Part shown: in pieces, positions 28,311-38,438 of the stretch
Position numbering within the stretch: the stretch's first letter is position 1
Layout of the letters: each line of letters opens with the position of its first letter
IMG/VR virus record: IMGVR_UViG_3300029319_008461
Location: 1 to 64,000 of that record
Strand: one strand, 5' to 3'
From: a virus
Length of the DNA stretch: 64,000 bases
Made by a program: the position numbers and the translations under genes
Notes under the pieces: generated by a model
The model's database searches: none
The model's input: only the letters and a program-made list of their open reading frames with translations
Told to the model about the DNA's origin: nothing

Positions 28311-29047
28311 GTAGAATAAATGCCTTAATACCTGCAAGGGGCGGTAGTAAAGGTGTGCCCAAGAAGAATATTAAACTTCTTCACGGTCATCCGCTAATAG
28401 CTTATTCGATCATTGCTTGTCAACAATCAAAAATGATCGATAAAGTTATTGTATCTACAGATGATCAAGAAATTGCTAATGTGGCTTTGCAGTACGGGGC
28501 AGAAGTTCCATTCTTGAGGCCATCTGAATTAGCTGGCGACCGATCTAGGGACGAGGAAGTGATACAACACTACTTTGATTCTCTAGGCGGGTCTGATATT
28601 GCTTATGTCAGGCCTACTACACCTCTAAGAGATCCAGAAGTAATAGACGAAGAGATTAAAAGATATTTTCACACTAAGATACTTGTTTCGACTGGTGTAA
28701 GGTCAATGCATAAGTTGCCTGAATCTCCCCACAAGATGTTTCAACTTGATAAGAACGGTTACTGTTGTGGTTTTTTTGAGGACTTCAAGGGAGAAAAAAA
28801 TTATACAAACTTACCAAGACAAGTGTTTCCAGCAGCCTATCAACCAAATGGTTATTTGGACATTGTAAAGAGAGTTACACTTCAAGATGGTGATGCGTTT
28901 GGCGAAACAGTCTTGCCTATAATCACTGATTTTGTTTTGGAGGTTGATACTGAATATGAGTTTGAACTTATAGATTATCATCTGGCCACAAGAGGTCATA
29001 AGTTGTTGGATAAATTAAATGAAGCAAAAAGTAAAAACGAATCATAG
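28307..29047 (+). CDS. neuA: acylneuraminate cytidylyltransferase
   Basis: IPARGGSKGVPKKN, VSTDD, RPTTPLR and RQ...NG motifs. Confidence 0.92.
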   Translation: MSRINALIPARGGSKGVPKKNIKLLHGHPLIAYSIIACQQSKMIDKVIVSTDDQEIANVALQYGAEVPFLRPSELAGDRSRDEEVIQHYFDSLGGSDIAYVRPTTPLRDPEVIDEEIKRYFHTKILVSTGVRSMHKLPESPHKMFQLDKNGYCCGFFEDFKGEKNYTNLPRQVFPAAYQPNGYLDIVKRVTLQDGDAFGETVLPIITDFVLEVDTEYEFELIDYHLATRGHKLLDKLNEAKSKNES

Positions 29048-30284
29048 ATCCATAAACGATGGTTACCGTTTAAAACAAAACAAATTACACGACAAACGAC
29101 ACTCTACAGAGACCGAGGCAAACGGACACCAGGTGCCGGTTGTCTGGGATCGTGCATACGACTACAATGTCTTTGATAAGGACGGTAACAAATGGATTGA
29201 TATGACCTCTGGTATATTTGTTACTAATGCTGGACATGCCAATCCACAAATTAAAAAAGCTATCAAAGATCAGGTTGATGCCGATCTAATATTTGCTTAC
29301 CAGTATATAACCGAGATAAGACAGGAGTATGTTAACAAGCTTTTAGAAGCCTCTCCTAATCACTTTGAAAAATCGATACTTCTTAACACTGGTTCTGAGG
29401 CTACTGATGCAGCCTATCGACTGGTTAAATCTTGGGCAAAAAAGAACAACAAAAAATATATTATAACTTTCAACGGTAGTTATCACGGAAGAGTTCTCGG
29501 TTCGGCCTTTATATGTGGGTCCAAGGACGCAACAGAGTGGTCTTCTATGGTAGATGATGATGTGGTGTTTATAGACTTTCCTATAGATCCAGATGCTGAG
29601 TTTGATCCTAGCATCCTGCCACCCGCTGATCAGATCGCAGCATTTTTCCTAGAGACGTACCAAGGTTGGGCTGCTTGGATGTATCCACCTCAATATATTC
29701 AAGCTCTTTACAAGTTTGCAAGAGACAACGGAGCACTTGTTTGTTTTGATGAGGTCCAGTCAGGGTTCTATAGGATGGGTGAGTTGTATGGATACATGAC
29801 CTATGGTGACAACATTGAGCCAGATCTTATTTGTCTTGGAAAAGGAATATCATCGTCAATTCCTATGTCAGCTATACTTGGCACAAAAGAAATTATTGAT
29901 GTTGATCTAAATGCTAATCTAAGTGGTACACATGCTGGAAATACTTTGGGGTGTGCAGCCTGTTTAGCAAACATAAAATTCTTAACAGATAAAAAGTTTC
30001 AAAAGGAACTTAACAAAAGAATACAGGTTTTTGAAAAGAGAAGTCACAAACTTCTAGACTATGATTGTGTCACTAATGTTAACGCTAGGGGTATGGTGGC
30101 CGGTATTGTTTTTGACACAACAGAAAGAACAAATAAAATTGTTACTGATTGTATTGAAAATGGAGTCCTGCCGGTCTGTACTTTTAGAGAGTCAATAAAA
30201 TTAGGACCGCCACTAACTTTACCCATTGAAGCTATTGACGAAGCTTTTGACGTAATAGAGCAATGTATCAATAAGAACATATAG
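29019..30284 (+). CDS. class III PLP-dependent aminotransferase
   Basis: NTGSEA, SYHGR, FDEVQSGF.R.G, LGKG and GTHAGN motifs. Confidence 0.88.
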   Translation: MKQKVKTNHRSINDGYRLKQNKLHDKRHSTETEANGHQVPVVWDRAYDYNVFDKDGNKWIDMTSGIFVTNAGHANPQIKKAIKDQVDADLIFAYQYITEIRQEYVNKLLEASPNHFEKSILLNTGSEATDAAYRLVKSWAKKNNKKYIITFNGSYHGRVLGSAFICGSKDATEWSSMVDDDVVFIDFPIDPDAEFDPSILPPADQIAAFFLETYQGWAAWMYPPQYIQALYKFARDNGALVCFDEVQSGFYRMGELYGYMTYGDNIEPDLICLGKGISSSIPMSAILGTKEIIDVDLNANLSGTHAGNTLGCAACLANIKFLTDKKFQKELNKRIQVFEKRSHKLLDYDCVTNVNARGMVAGIVFDTTERTNKIVTDCIENGVLPVCTFRESIKLGPPLTLPIEAIDEAFDVIEQCINKNI

Positions 30285-30286
30285 TT

Positions 30287-30709
30287 ATGTTAAATATTAG
30301 ACACACTGGAATAGTTGTAACAGATATGCAGAAGTCCATAGACTTCTACGAGAGTCTGGGGTTTGAGATAAAAAAAGATATGATAGAGTCTGGTCCTTAT
30401 ATTGATAGTTTACTTTCTATAGATGGTGGCGAGGTCAACACAGTTAAAATGAGTTTGAGGGATGGGGGTATGGTGGAACTTCTTCATTTTAAGAACCATC
30501 AAGAGGAACCGACACCTGGTAGTTTAACTAATATTGGTTGCACTCATTTTGCCATGACTGTTGACAATCTGGAAGAAACATATAATAATCTTGTAATATC
30601 GGGGGTTGAGTTTGTTAGCGAGCCACAGTTTTCACCAGATGGCTTTGCGAGAGTTGTGTTTTGTAAGGACCCCGATGGAACTTTTATAGAGTTAGTAGAG
30701 GAAGTTTGA
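30287..30709 (+). CDS. VOC/glyoxalase family protein
   Basis: HTGIVV, VELL, HFAM and DPDGTFIELVE motifs. Confidence 0.88.
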   Translation: MLNIRHTGIVVTDMQKSIDFYESLGFEIKKDMIESGPYIDSLLSIDGGEVNTVKMSLRDGGMVELLHFKNHQEEPTPGSLTNIGCTHFAMTVDNLEETYNNLVISGVEFVSEPQFSPDGFARVVFCKDPDGTFIELVEEV

Positions 30710-31482
30710 TGAAACTTGGAATGATACAAGGACGGTTGCTTAGGCCGGAGGACGGTGGTATTCAGGAATTTCCATCTTGTTGGAAAGAGGAATTTGATAG
30801 AGCAAAAAGCTTAGGTCTTAATCACATTGAATGGATTGTAACAACTAGATCTTTCAGTTATAATGCGATTTTTTCTAAGGACTGTTCTGAGTTTCCAATC
30901 AGTTCCTTGTGTGCCGATAATCTTGTTGACGATAGATTCACTCAGAGTGATTTCTTGCGTGATAATTTAGATCCAATTTGCAAAGCTGCTATTGACAATA
31001 GTGTCATGTGGGTTACTGTACCGCTACTAGAGAAGAGTGCTATACACGACGCACAAAAAAGACAAGCGTTCAAGCAGGAGATATTAAAGTATGCCGAAAG
31101 ATATCCAAGGTTAAATTTTTCGTTCGAGGCCGAAACCACAGCAGAGAATGTTTTGGATATAGTCAAGGAGAATAAGAATTTTTGGATCACTTATGACACA
31201 GGGAATATAACCTCTGAAAGAATTGATCACAAGGATTACATCCAAAAAACACACAACAGGATAAGCAATGTGCATTTGAAGGATAGGACATTTGATGCTA
31301 AAACTGTTATACCTTTGAGCGGTGATACTCCCTTTGATGACATTTTTAACACTTTGTCAACCGTAAACTATAATAACCTATACACTATGCAGACTGCTCG
31401 TGGTGTTACGGGCTCTGAATTAATGACTATGAAACAACATAAGAATATTTTTGAAAGGATTTATCATGCAGCGAACCCCTGA
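30709..31482 (+). CDS. sugar phosphate isomerase/epimerase (xylose-isomerase-like TIM barrel)
   Basis: GMIQGRL, IEW, YDTGN and VHLKDR motifs. Confidence 0.82.
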   Translation: MKLGMIQGRLLRPEDGGIQEFPSCWKEEFDRAKSLGLNHIEWIVTTRSFSYNAIFSKDCSEFPISSLCADNLVDDRFTQSDFLRDNLDPICKAAIDNSVMWVTVPLLEKSAIHDAQKRQAFKQEILKYAERYPRLNFSFEAETTAENVLDIVKENKNFWITYDTGNITSERIDHKDYIQKTHNRISNVHLKDRTFDAKTVIPLSGDTPFDDIFNTLSTVNYNNLYTMQTARGVTGSELMTMKQHKNIFERIYHAANP

Positions 31483-32293
31483 TTTATTTGACTTGTCCGG
31501 TAAAACAGCGCTAATCACTGGCGCTGGCGGATTGCTGGGACCTAAACACGCAGAGGCTCTTATTGAGTGTGGCGCACAGGTGATCATCACAGATCACCAC
31601 GAGGATCGTGCTGTTGCCCGTGCAGAAGAATTGAATGAAAAGTATGGCAAACTTGTGGCCACGTCGCATCGGATGGACGTAACTAATAAGTTAGAAATCG
31701 AAAATGTTTTTTCTAAGTACGATACGATTGATATCTTAATTAACAATGCTGCTAAGGACCCAAAAGTAAAAAAAGATGGTGGACTTAAACCAGACTCTAG
31801 ATTTGAAACTATGTCCGAGGAATACTGGTCGGAGGGCATTGATGCCGCCGTTAATGGAACTTTTTTATGCTCCCAGGTTGCCGCAAATAAAATGCTGCAA
31901 AACGATACGCCTGGTGTTATCCTAAACATATCATCAGATCTTGGTGTAATTGCTCCAGACCAGAGGATCTATAGAAAGCCGGGAGTAGAGGAGGACATGC
32001 AAAATGTTAAGCCCATTACTTATTCGGCAGCCAAATGGGCAATCGTTGGTATGACAAAGTATTTGGCCGTTTACTTTGCGAACAAGAATATTCGTGTAAA
32101 CTGCTTAAGTCCAACCGGCGTGTTCAACAACCATCCAGAGGAGTTTGTTAAAAAGCTTTCTGGAATTATTCCAATGGGACGAATGGCTCACATTGACGAG
32201 TACAAAGGTGCTATTGCATTTTTGTGTTCTGATGCTAGCACATATATGACTGGCGAAAACATGGTTATTGATGGGGGCAAAACAGTATGGTAA
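31466..32293 (+). CDS. short-chain dehydrogenase/reductase (PtmA-like)
   Basis: TGAGGLLG, NNAA, YSAAK and DGG motifs. Confidence 0.88.
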   Translation: MQRTPDLFDLSGKTALITGAGGLLGPKHAEALIECGAQVIITDHHEDRAVARAEELNEKYGKLVATSHRMDVTNKLEIENVFSKYDTIDILINNAAKDPKVKKDGGLKPDSRFETMSEEYWSEGIDAAVNGTFLCSQVAANKMLQNDTPGVILNISSDLGVIAPDQRIYRKPGVEEDMQNVKPITYSAAKWAIVGMTKYLAVYFANKNIRVNCLSPTGVFNNHPEEFVKKLSGIIPMGRMAHIDEYKGAIAFLCSDASTYMTGENMVIDGGKTVW

Positions 32294-32652
32294 ACAAAGT
32301 TTCACTAGATATGAAACACGTTGACAAAGGATGGGGCTTTGAACGTTGGATTGTTAATAAAGAAGAATATTGTGGCAAGTTACTATTCTTTAATAAAGAT
32401 AAAAGATGTTCTTGGCATTACCATAAAATAAAAGATGAAGTTTTTTATTTGCAGTCTGGTAAAATGATTGTAAAGTATGGAGACACAGATAGTCTCGAAG
32501 AGGCCAATGAGATAGTCCTTAACCCAGGAGACAACTTCTATGTTTATGTGGGACTAAGACATCAAATGATAGCGTTAGAAGATTCAGAATTGTTTGAGTT
32601 TTCAACACAGCATTTTGATAGTGATAGTTATAGGGTGGTAAAAGGTGACTAA
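32287..32652 (+). CDS. cupin-fold sugar isomerase-like protein
   Basis: KGWG.E, SWHYH..KDE and H...E motifs. Confidence 0.8.
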   Translation: MVNKVSLDMKHVDKGWGFERWIVNKEEYCGKLLFFNKDKRCSWHYHKIKDEVFYLQSGKMIVKYGDTDSLEEANEIVLNPGDNFYVYVGLRHQMIALEDSELFEFSTQHFDSDSYRVVKGD

Positions 32653-33568
32653 GAAAATAAAAGTAAATCTATTTGATAGTTTAGCTCCTGATTTTTATGA
32701 TGAGTATTGGGGCTTTCATAATTTTTCAAGCGAGTTTGAACCCACCAAGGTTGAGTGGCTAAAACAAAATATTGGGATGGGTTATCCTGAGTTTGATGGT
32801 ATTACAGTATTCACAGATAAAAACATAGTTGACCCTTGGGTTGACAAAGTTAAATCAAAATACAAGGTTGCCTTTCTTGTTGAGTGTCGTGGTGTACACG
32901 ACTGGGCCTACGAACAAATAAAGCGAGTTGAACATAAATTTGATCGTATCTTTACTTTTGATGAAGAGTTGTTAGCAAGAAGTGATAAGTATGTGAAAAA
33001 TCTGATTGGAACGTCAAGAGTTTCAAATGAGGATGCCGGTATTCATGCAAAAAGTAAAATGCTATCAATGATCGCCTCCAAACAAGTTTTAACTCGTGGT
33101 CACAGATTGAGACACAAGGTAGCAGACGCCATTAAAGGAAGGTATGAAGTTGATATGTGGGGAGGGGGATATAGACCCTTTGGAAAAAGTATATCTGGTA
33201 GGACCGCTGGGGCTATTAGAGAGGGAAAAAACGAACCTTTACAGGATTACAGATTCAGTATTACGATTATGAATTCAAGCGAAAATAACTATTTCACAGA
33301 AACTTTAGTAGATGTCTTTCGTCAAGGTACTATTCCAATTTTTTGGGGTTGTCCAAATATCGCAGAGTATTTTAATAAAGATGGTATCTTGCATTTTAAC
33401 ACAGGACAAGAACTATTTGACATACTAGACAATATCTCAGAGGATCTCTACGAAAGCAAGCTTGAAGCAGTTAGGGAAAACTATGAACTAGCCAAACAAT
33501 ATGTCTCAATGGATGACACTTTCGCTACAAACTTAATAAACGAATTTCCGGAGCTACTAGATGACTAG
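32645..33568 (+). CDS. GT10 (fucosyltransferase)-like glycosyltransferase
   Basis: K...L.DYRFSITIMNS..NYFTE...D....TIPIFWG resembles the alpha-1,3-FucT motif. Confidence 0.75.
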   Translation: MTKKIKVNLFDSLAPDFYDEYWGFHNFSSEFEPTKVEWLKQNIGMGYPEFDGITVFTDKNIVDPWVDKVKSKYKVAFLVECRGVHDWAYEQIKRVEHKFDRIFTFDEELLARSDKYVKNLIGTSRVSNEDAGIHAKSKMLSMIASKQVLTRGHRLRHKVADAIKGRYEVDMWGGGYRPFGKSISGRTAGAIREGKNEPLQDYRFSITIMNSSENNYFTETLVDVFRQGTIPIFWGCPNIAEYFNKDGILHFNTGQELFDILDNISEDLYESKLEAVRENYELAKQYVSMDDTFATNLINEFPELLDD

Positions 33569-33959
33569 AAAATATTTACCAACACTTTCAGAGTTGATTG
33601 ATAGATTATCTATCGCTCAACTTAAGGAGGTGTTTATCACTGATCACAAAGAAGAGTATGCGCAAGAGATTAAAGATATCGTTCACGATATAGACTTGTG
33701 CCTAAAAGAGACAAAACATCTAAACGCAGAAGTTATTAGAGCCGTGGTCGTGTTATCTCAGATGAATCTTCACATTTGGCACAATGAATCAAATTATAGA
33801 AAAGGCATAAAGGACGGCAATAACTTGGAATTAACTCATGGTCTTAACGGTATCCGCAATACGGCCAAGAATAAAATTCAAGAGATTGCCGGTGGGCGAA
33901 AAGACTACAAAATAGATTGTCTGGCTGCGGAGTTCAAGGACTGGGATATTAGCTGGTAA
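33561..33959 (+). CDS. helical hypothetical protein typical of sugar clusters
   Basis: TLSELIDRLSI..LK...N..IWH.E...N..R...K motif. Confidence 0.7.
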   Translation: MTRKYLPTLSELIDRLSIAQLKEVFITDHKEEYAQEIKDIVHDIDLCLKETKHLNAEVIRAVVVLSQMNLHIWHNESNYRKGIKDGNNLELTHGLNGIRNTAKNKIQEIAGGRKDYKIDCLAAEFKDWDISW

Positions 33960-33961
33960 CA

Positions 33962-34444
33962 ATGTTTTTCCCAGAGGTTAAGATTTTTGAAGCTGATATG
34001 TTTAGGGAATATCGTGGAGATATTTGGACAACGTATAAGAAAAAAACATTCCCAGTAGACTTAGATTTTGTACACGACAAGTTCTCATCCTCCAGGAGAA
34101 ACGTAATCCGAGGAATACATGGAGACTATAAAACTTGGAAACTAGTAAGTTGTCTGCAAGGTGAACTGTATTTCGTTGTAGTTGATAACAGAAAAGAATC
34201 ACAAAATTACCTTAAGTGGGATTGTATGATGCTTGATGACAAAGACCGTAGACAGGTTTTGTTACCCCCTGGGTTTGGAAATGGATTTTGTGTGATGAGC
34301 GACTCTGCTGTATTTAGTTACAAGTTGGCCTATGAAGGTGAATACTCGGACGTCGATCAGCAATTTACCTTAAAATGGAATGATACTCATGTTAACATAA
34401 ACTGGCCAATAGATAGCCCAATATTACAAGCGAGAGATAAATGA
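33962..34444 (+). CDS. rmlC: NDP-4-keto-6-deoxysugar 3,5-epimerase (RmlC family)
   Basis: RG, S..NVIRGIH, VVVD.R, PPGFGNGF and W.D....WP motifs. Confidence 0.85.
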   Translation: MFFPEVKIFEADMFREYRGDIWTTYKKKTFPVDLDFVHDKFSSSRRNVIRGIHGDYKTWKLVSCLQGELYFVVVDNRKESQNYLKWDCMMLDDKDRRQVLLPPGFGNGFCVMSDSAVFSYKLAYEGEYSDVDQQFTLKWNDTHVNINWPIDSPILQARDK

Positions 34445-35067
34445 ATATACCTGACCACCTAGAAAAAGTTAGAGAGGTATCTTTAACCCCCCAGGAGTTG
34501 ATTGATTTTGAAACAAAAGTCAAAGAAACATATGAGGCTGGAAAAATTAAAGGACCAATCCATCTAGCCAAGAATAATGAAAATGAACTGATAGAAATAT
34601 TCCAGTACATAAGCCCCGATGATTGGGTTTTTGTTCCCTGGAGAAATCACTATCACGCTCTTTTGCACGGCGTTGACCCTGACAAATTGTTTAATTCAAT
34701 TGTAGAAGGTAGAAGTATGGGCACAAATAATTTAAAGCCAAACTTTTATGCCTCCTCGATTGTTGGTGGTATCATACCTCTTGCACTGGGGGTTGCTTTG
34801 GGGATCAAACAGAGAGGTAAAAACAATCGTGTTTGGTGTTTTGTTGGTGACATGACTATGGAGACTGGTGTGTTCCATGAGGCTTACAAATATAGTAAGA
34901 ACTTTGATCTACCCATCCAGTGGGTTGTTGAGGATAATGATATGAGTGTTCACACCCCAACCGATATGGCCTGGGGTAAAAAACAAGAGGTACCTGATGG
35001 TGTAATTTATTATAGATATGAAATGGAATATCCTCATCACGGAACAGGAAAGTGGGTAAATTTTTAA
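34441..35067 (+). CDS. ThDP-dependent E1-alpha-like subunit (short)
   Basis: GPIHL, WRNHYH, SSIVGG and GD...G...E...EDN motifs. Confidence 0.85.
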   Translation: MNIPDHLEKVREVSLTPQELIDFETKVKETYEAGKIKGPIHLAKNNENELIEIFQYISPDDWVFVPWRNHYHALLHGVDPDKLFNSIVEGRSMGTNNLKPNFYASSIVGGIIPLALGVALGIKQRGKNNRVWCFVGDMTMETGVFHEAYKYSKNFDLPIQWVVEDNDMSVHTPTDMAWGKKQEVPDGVIYYRYEMEYPHHGTGKWVNF

Positions 35068-35603
35068 TGAAATATAAAAGCGAACTTATCAGATCTATGA
35101 ACTGGCTTGCTAAGAAGAGAGATACAGTGTTTCTTGGGCAAGCTTGTAAAGTTAGTGGTCACGCTATTTCTAGCACCTTGGTAGAAGTTCCTGATGAAAA
35201 AAGAATTGAACTACCTGTATTTGAGGAAACTCAAATGGGCATCTCAACAGGTATGGCTCTGGAAGGGTATGTGCCAATTACAATGTATCCTCGATTTGAT
35301 TTTTTTATTCTAGCTTGCAATCAATTAGTGAATCATCTTGATAAAATGAGAGATATGTCAAAAGGGGAAATGACTCCTCGTGTTATTATAAGAGTAGCTG
35401 TCGGAACAAAGAATCCTATTGATGCGGGACCGCAGCATACTCAAGATCACACAGAGGCTTTTCGCAGAATGTTAACCGAAGTGAACGTTGTGGATCTTTT
35501 TGAGCCAGAGGATATCTTCGCAGCTTTTAAAGAGGCATATGAGAGGCCTGATTCAAAATCAACACTATTAATTGAACACGGAGAATTTTATGGGACAAAA
35601 TAG
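35067..35603 (+). CDS. E1-beta/transketolase pyrimidine-binding-like subunit (short)
   Basis: ELPVFEE..MG...G.AL.G, NQLVNH and GPQH.Q motifs. Confidence 0.85.
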   Translation: MKYKSELIRSMNWLAKKRDTVFLGQACKVSGHAISSTLVEVPDEKRIELPVFEETQMGISTGMALEGYVPITMYPRFDFFILACNQLVNHLDKMRDMSKGEMTPRVIIRVAVGTKNPIDAGPQHTQDHTEAFRRMLTEVNVVDLFEPEDIFAAFKEAYERPDSKSTLLIEHGEFYGTK

Positions 35604-36765
35604 TTTTTCTTGGCCTTTGATAAATGATAATATAACAGAGGAAGATAAGGCTGCTTTGATTAAGTGGTTGCAAGAACCTAACGTTAGATTTACTCAATCA
35701 AAGTATGTAAAAAAATTTGAACAAGCTTGGTCTGAATGGCTTGGAGTTAAATATACAGTCTTTGTAAACTCTGGTGCGTCTGCCAACTACATTATGACTT
35801 CAATTATGAAGGAGCTTAAAGGTGGCGGCGAAGTGATTGTACCGCCAATTGGCTGGGTCTCTGATATAGCTCCAGTGGTCAATCTTGGGATGACTCCTGT
35901 TTTTGTGGATGTTGATCCTGAGAGTTTGGCCATTACTGCTGAGAACATTGAAAATGCAATCACAGACAAGACAGTTGGGATTGTGTTAGTTCATGCATTG
36001 GGGTTCAATGGCTTGACTGACAAACTTGTAGAACTCGCAGAAAAACACAACCTAATTTTGATTGAGGATTGCTGCGAGTCTCACGGCGCTACGTTCGATG
36101 GACAAAAGATTGGAACTGTTGGCGATATGTCAAATTTTTCTTTCTACTTTGGACACCATATCACAACAGTCGAAGGTGGGGTTGTTTGCACAAACGATAA
36201 GAATATCTATGAGCTAGCGAAGATGTTTAGGTCACACGGAATGATTAGGGAAGCTGGGGATGAGGTATATGATGCATACACAGAAAAATATCCAGACTTA
36301 AACCCACTGTTTCTTTTTGCCGTCCCTGGATATAATCTAAGGAATACAGAGTTCAATGCTGTGTTGGGACTTGAGCAATTAGGAAGGTTAGATAGAGCAG
36401 CTACGATTAGGGCAGAAAATTTTAAGACCTGGATTGATAACTTAGATACTAACAAGTTTCAAACAAGTTATCTTGAAGAAGGTAACAGTAGCTTTGCACT
36501 GCCACTAATTCTGAGAGAAAAAGATAAAGATTTGTTTGAAAGAGTCTGTTCTGTTTTGCGGCAAGAAAGAGTAGAGTATCGCATTGGAACCGCTGGCGGT
36601 GGCAACCAAGCTAGGCAACCTTATCTAGAAAAGTACGATCATAGGATTGTGGGTAACCTAGAGATCTCAGATCACATACATGATTTTGGACTTTACATTG
36701 GTAACCATACCGAACTTGAAAAAGAAACTATTATTAAATTGTGTGAGGTTATAAATGACTGTTGA
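35590..36765 (+). CDS. DegT/DnrJ family PLP enzyme, ColD-like GDP-4-keto-6-deoxymannose 3-dehydratase
   Basis: NSGASAN, EDCCESHGA and SFYFGHHITTVEGG (His in place of Lys); RSHG; no Fe-S Cys cluster. Confidence 0.8.
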   Translation: MGQNSFSWPLINDNITEEDKAALIKWLQEPNVRFTQSKYVKKFEQAWSEWLGVKYTVFVNSGASANYIMTSIMKELKGGGEVIVPPIGWVSDIAPVVNLGMTPVFVDVDPESLAITAENIENAITDKTVGIVLVHALGFNGLTDKLVELAEKHNLILIEDCCESHGATFDGQKIGTVGDMSNFSFYFGHHITTVEGGVVCTNDKNIYELAKMFRSHGMIREAGDEVYDAYTEKYPDLNPLFLFAVPGYNLRNTEFNAVLGLEQLGRLDRAATIRAENFKTWIDNLDTNKFQTSYLEEGNSSFALPLILREKDKDLFERVCSVLRQERVEYRIGTAGGGNQARQPYLEKYDHRIVGNLEISDHIHDFGLYIGNHTELEKETIIKLCEVINDC

Positions 36766-37732
36766 TTTTAAAAACCAAAGTGTTTTAGTTACTGGCGGGA
36801 CTGGGATGATAGGCCGCCAACTTGTTGATCTGTTGGTAGAGAGAGGAGCTAAGGTATATGTTGTATCTCTTGACCCTCCGAGGGGACTGCCTGAGGGTGT
36901 GATGTACAAGCTTGCAGATCTTACAGACTTCTCTGCTTGTCAGGAAGTTTGTGAAGGCATGGATTATGTTTTCAATTTGGTGGGCGTTAAGGGTTCCCCA
37001 AAGATGTGCAAGGAACAGCCAGCAGACTTTATGGTTCCGATGCTCCAGTTCAATACCAATATGATGGAAGCAGCAAGGCGTGCAGGAGTAAAGTGGTATT
37101 TGTACACTAGTAGTGTGGGTGTTTATCATCCAGCGGAGGTTTTTAAAGAAGATGATGTTTGGTCAACTTTTCCGTCGGACAACGATAGGTTTGCTGGCTG
37201 GGCGAAAAGAATTGGAGAACTGCAAGCAGAAGCGTATAGTATCCAGTATGGTTGGGATTGTGTTTCGATCGTAAGGCCCGCAAACGTTTACGGACCATAT
37301 GATAACTTTGACCCAGAGAATGCAATGGTCATCCCTTCGCTGATTCGCAAAGCGTTTGAAAATGATAAACTGGAAGTTTGGGGAGATGGCTCTCCGATTA
37401 GAGATTTTATCCACTCCAGAGATGTAGCCTTGGGTATGCTTCACATGGTAGACAACAAAGTGACAAAACCTGTCAACCTTGGTAGCGGTGAAGGGATCGC
37501 AATTAAGCAGATTGTGGATATCGTTGTTGACAAATGTCCTAAGGATCTTGATGTAGTCTGGCAAACAGACAAGCCAACTGGCGACAAAAAAAGAATCCTT
37601 GATTCTTCCCGTGCAAAAGAAGTAGGGTTTCAGACAACAATCAGCCTCGAAGAGGGTATTCAGGAAACGATCGAATGGTTTGAAGAAAACAGGAGTATGA
37701 TTGATGACAGGCATAATGCCTTTAGGAAATAG
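36755..37732 (+). CDS. NAD-dependent epimerase/reductase (GDP-fucose synthase/GME-like)
   Basis: TGGTGMIG, RPANVYGP.DNF, VIPSLI and WGDGSP.RDF motifs. Confidence 0.85.
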   Translation: MTVDFKNQSVLVTGGTGMIGRQLVDLLVERGAKVYVVSLDPPRGLPEGVMYKLADLTDFSACQEVCEGMDYVFNLVGVKGSPKMCKEQPADFMVPMLQFNTNMMEAARRAGVKWYLYTSSVGVYHPAEVFKEDDVWSTFPSDNDRFAGWAKRIGELQAEAYSIQYGWDCVSIVRPANVYGPYDNFDPENAMVIPSLIRKAFENDKLEVWGDGSPIRDFIHSRDVALGMLHMVDNKVTKPVNLGSGEGIAIKQIVDIVVDKCPKDLDVVWQTDKPTGDKKRILDSSRAKEVGFQTTISLEEGIQETIEWFEENRSMIDDRHNAFRK

Positions 37733-38438
37733 TGTACTTGTTACAGGTGGTAACAGTGGCCTTGGTAAATACATTGCATCCAACATTAATTGTGTTGCGC
37801 TAACCAGAGAAAACGCTGAATCTGTCTTTAAAAGACACAACCACTTTGACTTGATTATACACTGTGCGTTTAATGCCTCAAAGAAAACCAATGATTACTA
37901 CAAAGTTTTACAAGACAATATTTTCTTAACAAAGCGTTTGTGTTCATTGTCTCACAACAAATTTGTATTCTTATCGTCAATTGATGTTTACCGAGAAGAG
38001 GATAGTCTTTATAAAACAACAAAATTAATGGCAGAGTCTATTGTTAAAGAAGAAGCGACAAACCCATTAATTGTTCGGACAAGTGCCATTGTTGGCCCAA
38101 CAATGAGAACTAATAGTCTCTTAAGAATACTGGATGACGATAGTCCGGACTTATCCTTGTCTGAAAATTCAACGTTTAACTATGTTCTACAAAGTGATAT
38201 ACTGTCTATGATACAGGTGTCTGCAAAGAACAAATACTCTGGTATTATAGACTTTGTGGCATCAAAAAATATAAGACTTAAAGACCTGGCAACTCATTTT
38301 TCTAAGACTGTAAATTTTGGAGACTACTTTTATGAAACACCTATTATATCAAACAGGCATCTTCAAGAAAAATTCCCAACAGCTTGGTATACATCACTAG
38401 GAAATATTGAAAGATTTATGAAGGAAAGAACCAAATGA
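37716..38438 (+). CDS. NAD-dependent epimerase/dehydratase family protein (short)
   Basis: TGGNSGLG, SSIDVY and YKTTK motifs. Confidence 0.75.
   Translation: MPLGNSVLVTGGNSGLGKYIASNINCVALTRENAESVFKRHNHFDLIIHCAFNASKKTNDYYKVLQDNIFLTKRLCSLSHNKFVFLSSIDVYREEDSLYKTTKLMAESIVKEEATNPLIVRTSAIVGPTMRTNSLLRILDDDSPDLSLSENSTFNYVLQSDILSMIQVSAKNKYSGIIDFVASKNIRLKDLATHFSKTVNFGDYFYETPIISNRHLQEKFPTAWYTSLGNIERFMKERTK

Noticed and set aside
34441-35603. pdhA/pdhB pyruvate dehydrogenase
   Set aside because: Both subunits are much shorter than true E1 subunits, no E2/E3 is present, and they are embedded in GDP-sugar genes
37163-37891. 242-aa minus-strand ORF and the other short antisense or alternate-frame ORFs in the track
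   Set aside because: They overlap well-supported genes on the opposite strand or in another frame and have no recognisable motifs
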